Shown in pieces: positions 50,970-59,110 of a DNA stretch of 64,000 nucleotides (its first letter is position 1; each line of letters begins with the position of its first letter). Both the position numbers and the translations under genes were made by a program. The notes beneath the pieces were generated by a model that saw only the letters and a list, made by a program, of their open reading frames with translations, was not told the origin of the DNA and searched no databases. The DNA is taken from positions 384,001 through 448,000 of the forward strand of contig CAWFJJ010000028.1 of assembly GCA_963816185.1 (NCBI GenBank), in the 5' to 3' direction. The stretch comes from Thermoanaerobaculia bacterium. GTDB lineage: Bacteria > Acidobacteriota > Thermoanaerobaculia > UBA5066.

Positions 50970-51752
50970 GTGAAGGTCGTCGTCAAGTCCGGCGCACCGG
51001 GTGGATTCACCGACTACCTCGCTCGCTTCTCGGCCGGCCAGCCCATCTTCGGGGAGGGCGAGGTCGGCACGGAGATGTTCGTCATCCAGTCCGGCACGGT
51101 GGAGATCTACAAACGCAGCCGGCGCAACGAGGAAAAGCTCCTCGCGACGCTCGAGAAGGGCGACTTCTTCGGCGAGATGTCGATCCTCGAGGACGTCCCC
51201 CGCACGGCTTCGGCACGCGCGAAGACCGACTGCGAGCTCGTGCGTATCAACCAGTCGACGTTCGACGAGATGCTCCGCCACAACGCGGAGATCGCCGTGC
51301 GCATGCTTCGCAAGCTCTCCCGTCGGTTGCGCGAGACGACGAAGCTGCTCGAGCAGTCGACGGGCGCTGCCCCCGCTCTCGACGAAAGCTCGTCCGACAT
51401 CTTCGCGAAGGTGTCCGAGCGCCACGACATCTTCCGCCTCGTCGCCGCGAGCGGCGAGGAGTTCTTCCTGAACCGCGACGGAGAGACGACCGTGGGACGA
51501 GTCGATCCGGTCACGGGCATCAAGCCGGACGTGGACCTCGCGAATCTCGATACGCAGCGCTCCGTCTCGAGGCGGCACTCGAAGATCGTCCGCGAAGGCG
51601 GCGAATTCCGCGTCGTCGAGGAGATCGGTACCATGAACGGCACGTTCGTGAACGGCGCGCGCATCGTCACGGGACAGCCGATCACGATCAAGGACGGAGA
51701 CCGCACGCGCTTCGGCCTCGTCGACCTCACGTTTCGCGTCAGCAAGGCGTAG
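50970..51752 (+). CDS. Cyclic nucleotide-binding + FHA domain protein
   Basis: cNMP: GDFFGEMSIL..PRTASARA; FHA: VGR..VSRRH..MNGTFVNG. Confidence 0.9.
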   Translation: MKVVVKSGAPGGFTDYLARFSAGQPIFGEGEVGTEMFVIQSGTVEIYKRSRRNEEKLLATLEKGDFFGEMSILEDVPRTASARAKTDCELVRINQSTFDEMLRHNAEIAVRMLRKLSRRLRETTKLLEQSTGAAPALDESSSDIFAKVSERHDIFRLVAASGEEFFLNRDGETTVGRVDPVTGIKPDVDLANLDTQRSVSRRHSKIVREGGEFRVVEEIGTMNGTFVNGARIVTGQPITIKDGDRTRFGLVDLTFRVSKA

Positions 51753-51757
51753 GAGAG

Positions 51758-53947
51758 ATTTCCGTCCCGCTCCCGCTCCTCGCGAATCTTCCCGGCGTCG
51801 GCGCGGCGCGCGCCCGCGAGCTGGCCGAGGCCGGGGTCGAGACGGCGGTCGATCTCCTTCTCCACCTTCCGTTCCGCTACGAGGACCGCACGCGCATCGC
51901 GCCGATCGCGGCGCTCGTGCCGGAGGGGCCCCCGACGACGGTCAAGGGCACGGTCCTCTCGGCGCGCCTCATCCGGACGCGGCGCCGCGGCTTCACGATC
52001 TTCGAGGCGATCCTCGACGACGGCTCCGGCCCTCTCCGCCTCGTCTTCTTCAACCAGCCGTACCTCCAAAGATGGATGACATCGAAGAAGACCTTCTGGG
52101 TCTACGGCGTCGCAACCCAGTCGGCGCGTTATCGGCGCGGTCTCGTCATGGAGAACCCACAAATTGAAGAGTTAGTAGAAGAACCAATAGAAGATTTCTT
52201 AGAAGGGAAAGAGGGAAAGGGCGCCGTCACGGGAAAGGGCGAAGGCGCGGGCAAAGGCGAAGGCACAAGGCGCGCCGCAGATCCTCTCTCTGTCGGCCGC
52301 GTCGTGCCGATCTACCGCAAACTCCCGGGACTCACTCCACGGATGCGGCGGCGAACCGTCCATCACCTTCTAAGAAACTTTGCAGACCATCTCCCGGAGC
52401 GACTTCCTCTCTCGCGCGAGAGGGAGCAAGAATTCCCTTCTCTTTCCGACTCGCTGAGAGAAGCCCACTTCCCGGGCAGCGCCGGGGGCTCCGCGGACGC
52501 GGAGGAGTGGACGGAGCGCCGTTCGCCTTACCTCCACCGCCTCGCCTACGAGGAGTTCCTCGAGTTTCAGGTCGGATTGCAGCGCCGCCGCCGGGAGCGC
52601 GCCGCCGTACCCGCTCCCGTCCTGTCGGCAGACGACGCGATTCGCGCGCGACTCAAGGGTGCCCTTCCGTTTACGCTGACGGGGGCTCAGAAGCGCGTGA
52701 TTCGGGAGATCGGCGGCGACTTCCGCGCGGGCCGCCCGATGCGCCGGCTTCTCCAGGGCGACGTAGGAAGCGGAAAGACGATCATTGCCGTCCTCTCGGC
52801 GATCCTCGCCGCCGAGTGCGGCTTCCAGACCGCGCTCATGGCGCCGACCGAGATCCTCGCCGAGCAGCATTTTTCGTCGATCTTCCGGATCTTCCGCAAG
52901 ACGCGGTTCCGGGCCGAGCTCCTGACCGGCCGCGTGAAGGGGAAGGCCCGCGCGCAAGTCCTCGACGCGCTCGCCGGCGGCCGCGTCGACATGCTCGTCG
53001 GGACGCACGCGCTCCTCGAGGACCCCGTCGACTTCCGTCGCCTCGGCCTCATCGTGATCGACGAGCAGCACCGCTTCGGCGTCGCGCAGCGGACGACGAT
53101 CGCGGCAAAAGCGCACCCCGCGGAAGCGCGCCCGCACCTTCTCGTCATGTCCGCGACGCCGATCCCGCGCTCTCTTGCCCTGACCCTTTACGGCGACCTC
53201 GACGTCTCGACGCTCGACGAGAAGCCGCCGGGCCGCACGGCCATCTCGACGCGCGTCCTTCCGGAAACGGAGCGCGCGGCCGCGTTCCGCGAGATCGAAG
53301 CCGAGATCCGCGCGGGAGGGCAGGCCTACGTCGTCGTTCCGCTCATCGAGGAGTCGGACAAGATCGAGGCGCGCGCCGTCGAGAAGCACGCGGCCGAGAT
53401 CCGGAAAGCCCTTCCCATTCGCCGCGTCGGTGTCGTCCACGGCCGACTTCCGCCCGACGAGCGCGAGCGCACGATGGGCGAGTTCGCGGCCGGAAGGCTC
53501 GACGTCCTCGCGGCGACGACCGTCATCGAGGTCGGCGTGGACGTCCCGAACGCGTCGTACATGCTCGTCGAGAACGCGGAGCGCTTCGGTCTCGCGCAGC
53601 TCCACCAGCTGCGCGGTCGCGTCGGGCGCGGCAGGCGCGCTTCGCGCTGCGTGCTGCTGTTCGGCCCGAAGGTCTCGCCGGAATCGCGCGAGCGGCTCGG
53701 GGTGCTCGAGAGGACGGACGACGGATTCGTCGTGGCCGAGGAGGACCTCAAGCGCCGCGGCCCCGGCGACGCGCTCGGGACGCGGCAGAGCGGCGTCCCG
53801 CTCTTCCGCGTCGGAGACCTCATCCGCGACGTCAGGTGGATGAAGGAGGCGCGCGACGAAGCGCAGAAGATGATCGCGGACGGGCGCGATGCCGCGTTCC
53901 GCGAGCCGCTCTTCCTTCGCGCCGCCGCCTTGCCGGCCGCGGACTGA
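51758..53947 (+). CDS. recG: ATP-dependent DNA helicase RecG (start uncertain)
   Basis: DLLLHLPFRYEDR, LQGDVGSGKT, IDEQHRFG, MSATPIPR, QLRGRVGRG, GTRQSG. Confidence 0.97.
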   Translation: MSVPLPLLANLPGVGAARARELAEAGVETAVDLLLHLPFRYEDRTRIAPIAALVPEGPPTTVKGTVLSARLIRTRRRGFTIFEAILDDGSGPLRLVFFNQPYLQRWMTSKKTFWVYGVATQSARYRRGLVMENPQIEELVEEPIEDFLEGKEGKGAVTGKGEGAGKGEGTRRAADPLSVGRVVPIYRKLPGLTPRMRRRTVHHLLRNFADHLPERLPLSREREQEFPSLSDSLREAHFPGSAGGSADAEEWTERRSPYLHRLAYEEFLEFQVGLQRRRRERAAVPAPVLSADDAIRARLKGALPFTLTGAQKRVIREIGGDFRAGRPMRRLLQGDVGSGKTIIAVLSAILAAECGFQTALMAPTEILAEQHFSSIFRIFRKTRFRAELLTGRVKGKARAQVLDALAGGRVDMLVGTHALLEDPVDFRRLGLIVIDEQHRFGVAQRTTIAAKAHPAEARPHLLVMSATPIPRSLALTLYGDLDVSTLDEKPPGRTAISTRVLPETERAAAFREIEAEIRAGGQAYVVVPLIEESDKIEARAVEKHAAEIRKALPIRRVGVVHGRLPPDERERTMGEFAAGRLDVLAATTVIEVGVDVPNASYMLVENAERFGLAQLHQLRGRVGRGRRASRCVLLFGPKVSPESRERLGVLERTDDGFVVAEEDLKRRGPGDALGTRQSGVPLFRVGDLIRDVRWMKEARDEAQKMIADGRDAAFREPLFLRAAALPAAD

Positions 53948-53982
53948 CGCGCGTTCCGGGTTAACATCCGCCGCCGCGCGGT

Positions 53983-54648
53983 GTGACCGCGCCCGAAGGC
54001 GCCGTGGACCCGCAAAAAACGCTCGAAATCATCATCCAGATCGTCGTGCTGCTCTTCGCCGTCTCGTTCCACGAGTCGGCTCACGGCTACGTGGCGATGA
54101 AGTGCGGCGACAACACGGCCCGCGACCTCGGGCGCATCACGATGAATCCGCTCAAGCACCTCGATCCGATCGGCAGCCTTCTTTTCCCGGCCTTGCTCGC
54201 GTTCTCGGGCCTGCCCGTCTTCGGCTGGGCGCGGCCGGTGCCTGTCTCGCTGCGCGGCGTGCGGAACCCGCGCCGCGCGAACCTCCTCGTGTCGGCGGCG
54301 GGGCCCCTGTCGAACGTGCTGCTGGCCGTCATCTTCGGGTTCGCTTTCGCGATCCTCAAGCGCTTTTTTCTCGTGGACGGCGATCCGGCGATCTTGCAAC
54401 CGCTGTTTCTCGTCGCGGGAGCCTCGGTGCTGGTCAACGCTTCTCTGGCGATCTTCAACCTGCTGCCGATTCCTCCGCTGGACGGATTCGGCGTCGTGGA
54501 GAGCCTGGCGCCTCCGACCGCCATCCCCTCGATCATCTTTCTGCGGCGGTATGGATTCATCATCCTCATCGTGCTGATGTTCACCGGAGTCCTCGGGTTC
54601 ATCATGCGACCCGTCCAGAATCTCGTCATCCAGTGGCTGAGGTCCTGA
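53983..54648 (+). CDS. Site-2 protease (M50) family protein
   Basis: HESAH, AGPLSN, FNLLPIPPLDG. Confidence 0.93.
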   Translation: MTAPEGAVDPQKTLEIIIQIVVLLFAVSFHESAHGYVAMKCGDNTARDLGRITMNPLKHLDPIGSLLFPALLAFSGLPVFGWARPVPVSLRGVRNPRRANLLVSAAGPLSNVLLAVIFGFAFAILKRFFLVDGDPAILQPLFLVAGASVLVNASLAIFNLLPIPPLDGFGVVESLAPPTAIPSIIFLRRYGFIILIVLMFTGVLGFIMRPVQNLVIQWLRS

Positions 54649-55644
54649 TGTCCGCCGTTTCGAGGAGAGTCGTTCTCTCCGGCCTCCGCCCGACGGGCCG
54701 CGTCCACCTCGGGAACTACTGGGGAGCGGTGAAGAACTGGGTGGATCTGCAGGCCGACTACGACTGCCGGTATTTCGTCGCCGATCTCCATGCGCTCACG
54801 ACCGACTACGCGGACACCTCCGCGATCCGCGAGTCGACCCTCGAGGCCGTGACGGACTGGCTCGCGGTCGGCCTCGACCCCGAGAAGTCGGTGATCTTCG
54901 TGCAATCGCGCGTCCCGCAGACGGCGGAGCTGGCGCTCGTCTTCGGGATGATCACGCCCCTCGGCTGGCTCGAGCGCGTGCCGACCTACAAAGAGCAGAT
55001 CGAGCAGCTTCGCGAGCGCGACCTCGGGACGTTCGGATTCCTCGGCTATCCGGTTCTCATGACGGCCGACATCGCGCTCTACCGCGCGCATTACGTGCCG
55101 GTCGGCAAGGACCAGGAAAGCCACCTCGAGATCTGCCGCGAGATCGTCCGGCGCTTCAACGGCTTCTACGGCGACGTCTTCCCCGAGCCGCAGCCGCTCT
55201 TCACGGCCACGCCGAAGGTGCCGGGGCTCGACGGCCGGAAGATGTCGAAGACCTACAACAACGCGATCGCCCTCTCCGACTCGGCGGCCGAGGTCGAGAA
55301 GAAGGTCATGAGCATGGTCACCGACCCCGGCCGCGCGCGGCGCGCCGACCCGGGGAATCCGGACGTCTGCAACCTCTACCCGTTCCACCTCCTCTACTCG
55401 CCCCCCGAGGAGCAGAAGGTCGTGGACTTCGAGTGCCGCACGGCGGCGCGCGGCTGCGTCGACTGCAAGAAGCACCTCATCCGCAACATGAACGCCGCGC
55501 TCGAGCCCATCCGGCAGAAGCGCGCGGAGATCACGGCGAAAAAAGACTTCGTGAAGAGACGTGCTCGAACAGGGCAGCGCGAGAGCGAGAGATATTGCTT
55601 CGGAGACCATGGAGAGGGTTTCTGATGCGATGAAGTTGCTGTGA
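54648..55644 (+). CDS. trpS: Tryptophan--tRNA ligase; frameshift near 55556
   Basis: SGLRPTGRVHLGNY, YPVLMTADI, VPVGKDQ, KMSKT; C-terminus VLEQGSARARDIASETMERVSDAMKLL in the shifted frame. Confidence 0.96.
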
Positions 55645-55949
55645 TGTACGGCCAGGAAGATTCTCTTAGAAGGGTTAATGAGCGCGGCGCTCGGTCGCGC
55701 GGTGGAGCGGCGACCAGCCCTCTTCACTTTCTAAGAGGAATTAGATTCGGATCTCTTATATGCGGCGGCTGCTGTGCAGCCGCCGATAGTAGAAAATCTT
55801 TCGCTCGAATGGCCGGCGTCAAGGGCGCGCGTAGCGCGCCGCTAAGCGGTCTTCGACCCTTGACTCCGGCCGTTCGAGCGACGTCCGCCCCTCTTCACTT
55901 TCTAAGAAATCTTCATCCTCTTCTTCCTCTTTCTTCTTCCAATGGCTGA
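55641..55949 (+). CDS. Repeat-derived bridging ORF (102 aa) between trpS and scpA
   Basis: Start overlaps the trpS TGA (GTGATG); stop lies just past the scpA ATG (ATGGCTGA); contains element copy 5. Confidence 0.45.
   Translation: MMYGQEDSLRRVNERGARSRGGAATSPLHFLRGIRFGSLICGGCCAAADSRKSFARMAGVKGARSAPLSGLRPLTPAVRATSAPLHFLRNLHPLLPLSSSNG
55656..55940 (+). repeat. Palindromic element copy 5 (inverted TTCTWAGA pair, A, B, tail)
   Basis: A at 55763-55785, B at 55801-55881, 19-bp direct repeats at 55718-55736 and 55889-55907. Confidence 0.95.
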
Positions 55950-56748
55950 AGGAATCCGCATCCCCGTCCCCGCCGGTGCCGACCTCATGGGGCCGTACCC
56001 GGTGAAGCTGCCGCAGTTCGAGGGGCCGCTCGACCTGCTGCTGCACCTGATCCGGAAGAACGAGCTCGACATCCGCAACCTGCCGCTCGTCGACATCTGC
56101 CGCCAGTACCACGAGTACCTGGTCCTCATGCAGGAGCTCGACCTCGAGGTCGCGGCCGAGTTCCTCTACGTCGAGGCGATGCTCGTGCACATCAAGTCGC
56201 AGCTGGTCCTGCCGCGCGCGGCCGCGGGCGCGCCCGAAGGGGACCCGCGCGACGAGCTCGTGAGGCGCCTTCTCGAGTACCGCAAGTACAAGGGCGTCGC
56301 CGAGTCGCTGCACGAGATGGAAGCCGTGCGGCTCGGGCTCTGGAGCCGTGCGCCGGCGAAGCTCGAGACGCCGGAAGGGGAGGCCGAGGAAGCGGACCTT
56401 TCGGAAGTCTCGCTCTTCGACCTCCTCACGTTCTTCAAGGGCGCGCTCGACCGCTACCGCGCGCAGCACCCGCCCTCGATGGAGATCGAGCACCAGAAGT
56501 TCTCCATCAAGGAGAAAATGGAGCAGATGCTCGCGCGCGTGAAGTCCGGGGGTGGGCCGCTGCCGCTGTCGGACGTCTTCCGCTCTCTTTCGGGCCGGGC
56601 CGAGGCCATTGCGATCTTCCTCGCCGTCCTCGAGCTTCTCCGCCTCCGTGTCGTCAAGGCGCGGCAGGAAGGCGAGTTCAACGAGATCTACCTCGACTCG
56701 ACGGGCGAGACCGCGTCGCTCGAAGGTTACGAGGAGGCCTACCGGTGA
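55942..56748 (+). CDS. scpA: Segregation/condensation protein A
   Basis: FEGPLDLLLHLI, AAEFL..IKS, DPRDELVRRLLEY, FLAVLEL. Confidence 0.96.
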   Translation: MAEGIRIPVPAGADLMGPYPVKLPQFEGPLDLLLHLIRKNELDIRNLPLVDICRQYHEYLVLMQELDLEVAAEFLYVEAMLVHIKSQLVLPRAAAGAPEGDPRDELVRRLLEYRKYKGVAESLHEMEAVRLGLWSRAPAKLETPEGEAEEADLSEVSLFDLLTFFKGALDRYRAQHPPSMEIEHQKFSIKEKMEQMLARVKSGGGPLPLSDVFRSLSGRAEAIAIFLAVLELLRLRVVKARQEGEFNEIYLDSTGETASLEGYEEAYR

Positions 56749-57362
56749 CGACGCACGTCGCCCTCCTCGAGGCGCTCCTCTTCGCGTCGGGCAAGCCGGC
56801 GACCGTCGAGCGCCTCGCCGAGGCCGCCGAGATCTCCAAGGAAGAGGTCGAGACCGCGCTCGAGGCGCTCGAAAAGGCGTGCGAGACCGACGGGCGAGGC
56901 GTGCGCGTCGACCGCGTCGCGGGCGGCGCGCGCCTCGTCTCGCGCAACGAATACGACCTGCCCGTCCGCAACCTGCTCGGGCTGGAGGGAAAGAACAAGC
57001 TCTCGATGGCGAGCCTCGAGGTGCTTTCGATCGTCGCGTATCGCCAGCCGGTCACCGCGCCCGAGATCGCCGAGCTCCGCGGCGTGAACTCGGCCTCCTC
57101 GCTGCGCACCCTCCTCGACAAGAAGCTCATCACGACCGCGGGGCGCAAGGAGGTCGTCGGGACGCCGTTCCTCTACAAGACGACCCGGGAGTTCCTCGTC
57201 CACTTCGGCCTCGCGGACCTGAAAGACCTCCCGCGCCCGGAGGACCTCGACGCGCTCTACGGGGTCGAGGCGAACACGGCGCAGACGGAATTGTTCCCAG
57301 AGGAGATTTCTGCTGAAGAGAAGAGGGAAGAAGAGGAAGAGGAAGATTCGGGGAATGGTTGA
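56745..57362 (+). CDS. scpB: Segregation/condensation protein B
   Basis: LEALLFAS, LEVLSIVAYRQPVT..RGVNS, FLVHFGL..LKDLP. Confidence 0.96.
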   Translation: MTTHVALLEALLFASGKPATVERLAEAAEISKEEVETALEALEKACETDGRGVRVDRVAGGARLVSRNEYDLPVRNLLGLEGKNKLSMASLEVLSIVAYRQPVTAPEIAELRGVNSASSLRTLLDKKLITTAGRKEVVGTPFLYKTTREFLVHFGLADLKDLPRPEDLDALYGVEANTAQTELFPEEISAEEKREEEEEEDSGNG

Positions 57363-57540
57363 AGACCGTAGTTCCCGAATGACCGATGTCAAGGGTCTTA
57401 GACCGCTGCGCGGCGCGCGAAGCGCGCCCTTGACATCGGCCATTCGGGAAGAAGATTTTCTACTATCGGGGCTACATCTGCTTCCTCATATCGAAGAAAT
57501 ATTTATTCCCGGGCAGCCGCCGCTCTTGGGGATCGCATGA
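57355..57540 (+). CDS. Repeat-derived bridging ORF (61 aa) between scpB and rluB
   Basis: ATG overlaps the scpB end (ATGGTTGA); stop overlaps the rluB start (ATGA); contains element copy 6. Confidence 0.45.
   Translation: MVEDRSSRMTDVKGLRPLRGARSAPLTSAIREEDFLLSGLHLLPHIEEIFIPGQPPLLGIA
57356..57522 (-). repeat. Palindromic element copy 6 (reverse orientation; degenerate A)
   Basis: B TTCCCGAATGACCGATGTCAAGGG..CCCTTGACATCGGCCATTCGGGAA at 57372-57450; A remnant at 57451-57500. Confidence 0.93.
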
Positions 57541-58322
57541 GCGCCGAGCGCCTGCAGAAGATCCTGTCCGCCGCCGGCATCGCGTCGCGGCGCGCGGCCG
57601 AGCAGATCATCCTCGAGGGTCGCGTGACCGTGAACGGCCACAAGGTCAAGGAGCTCGGGGTCAAGGCCGATCTCGCGAAGGATCACGTAAAGGTGGACGG
57701 AAAGCTCGTCCGCGTCGCGGTCGCGCGGCGGTACGTCCTCATGAACAAGCCGAAGGGCCTCATCGTCACGCGGGACGATCCCGGCGGCATCCCGACGGTC
57801 TTCGAGCTTCTGAAGGGCCGCGTCGGGGAGCGCGTCGTGGCCGTGGGGCGGCTCGACGTGGAGTCCGAGGGGCTGCTCCTCCTCACCGACGACGGCGCGC
57901 TCGTCCACAAGCTCACGCACCCCTCCGGCGGCTGCCGCAAGGAATACGAAGTCAAGGTGTCCGGCGTCCCGACGCCCGCGCAGCTCGAGAAGCTACGCAG
58001 GGGCGTGACGCTGCCCGACGACGGCGCGCGGACGTCGCCCTCCGAGATCGAGCTCGTCAAGACGACGCCCGAGAAGAACGGCGCCGGCGGCAACGCCTGG
58101 CTCAAGGTGATTCTCGGCGAAGGGCGCTCGCGCCAGGTTCGCAGGATGTTCGACCTCGTCGGCCACCCCGTCACGAAGCTGCGCCGCGTCGCGATCGGCC
58201 CGATCCGCGACCGGAATCTGCCCCCGGGCGCGTTTCGCGACCTGTCCCGGGAAGAGGTCGCGGCGCTCCACGCGATCCGGCCCGCTCCACCGCGGCTTGC
58301 ACGCGCCCGAGCGCGGGCGTGA
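57537..58322 (+). CDS. rluB: RsuA/RluB-family pseudouridine synthase
   Basis: ERLQKILS..SRRAAE, NKPKG, VGRLDVESEGLLLLTDDG, EGRSRQVRRMF. Confidence 0.9.
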   Translation: MSAERLQKILSAAGIASRRAAEQIILEGRVTVNGHKVKELGVKADLAKDHVKVDGKLVRVAVARRYVLMNKPKGLIVTRDDPGGIPTVFELLKGRVGERVVAVGRLDVESEGLLLLTDDGALVHKLTHPSGGCRKEYEVKVSGVPTPAQLEKLRRGVTLPDDGARTSPSEIELVKTTPEKNGAGGNAWLKVILGEGRSRQVRRMFDLVGHPVTKLRRVAIGPIRDRNLPPGAFRDLSREEVAALHAIRPAPPRLARARARA

Positions 58323-59005
58323 AGGGCCTCATCGTCGCGATCGACGGACCTTCCGGAGTCGGGAAGTCGACTGTGGGAAAGGCGGTTGCCGCACGGCTCG
58401 GCGTGCCCTACCTCGACACGGGAGCCATGTACCGCGCCGTCGGTCTTGCCGTGAAGAGAGCGGGATTCGCGCTCCCTCTCGCCGATCCTGAGGCCGTCGT
58501 CGCGGTTGCATCCCATGTGGACGTGCGCGTGACGGGAAGCGCGGCTGATGCGCGGACGTGGCTGAACGGGGAGGACGTGTCCCGCGAGATCCGGACTCCG
58601 GAGATTTCGGCGTACGCCTCGGCCGTCTCGGCCGTGCCGGGCGTGAGACGCCGCCTCGCCGGGATGCAGCGCAGCCTCGCGCTCGAGGCCGGCGGCGTCC
58701 TCGAGGGGCGCGACATCGGGACGAAAGTCGTCCCCGAGACTCCGCACAAGTTCTTCCTCACGGCAACGGCGGAAGTGCGGGCGCGCCGCCGGTTCGCGGA
58801 GCTTTCGGCTCGGGGCGCTTCCCAGACGTTCGCCGAAGTGCTCTCGGACATGGAAGCCCGCGATCACGCGGATTCCACCCGAGCCGATTCACCGCTGAGA
58901 GACGACGGGACCTATACGCGCATCGACACGTCCGGGCTCACGGTCGAAGACGTCGTCGACCGCGTCCTTTCGGGCGTGGGCCACGGAGTTCCGCGGCCCG
59001 GTTGA
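58319..59005 (+). CDS. cmk: Cytidylate kinase
   Basis: IDGPSGVGKST, LDTGAMYR, EGRDIGT. Confidence 0.96.
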   Translation: MKGLIVAIDGPSGVGKSTVGKAVAARLGVPYLDTGAMYRAVGLAVKRAGFALPLADPEAVVAVASHVDVRVTGSAADARTWLNGEDVSREIRTPEISAYASAVSAVPGVRRRLAGMQRSLALEAGGVLEGRDIGTKVVPETPHKFFLTATAEVRARRRFAELSARGASQTFAEVLSDMEARDHADSTRADSPLRDDGTYTRIDTSGLTVEDVVDRVLSGVGHGVPRPG

Positions 59006-59110
59006 CCGGTCTCCCCCCGCGCGTCTAACATCAAGGGTTCCGGCCGCTTAAGCGTTTGCCTCACGGCAATTTAGGTGGCCCCATTTCAAGCCGCGAAGGA
59101 GCACGAGTAC

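Noticed and set aside
12711-57522. Repeat family as a CRISPR array, tRNA, integron attC or simple terminator
   Set aside because: Copies are dispersed rather than arrayed, I see no cloverleaf or attC core sites, and they sit within open frames of coupled operons in both orientations.
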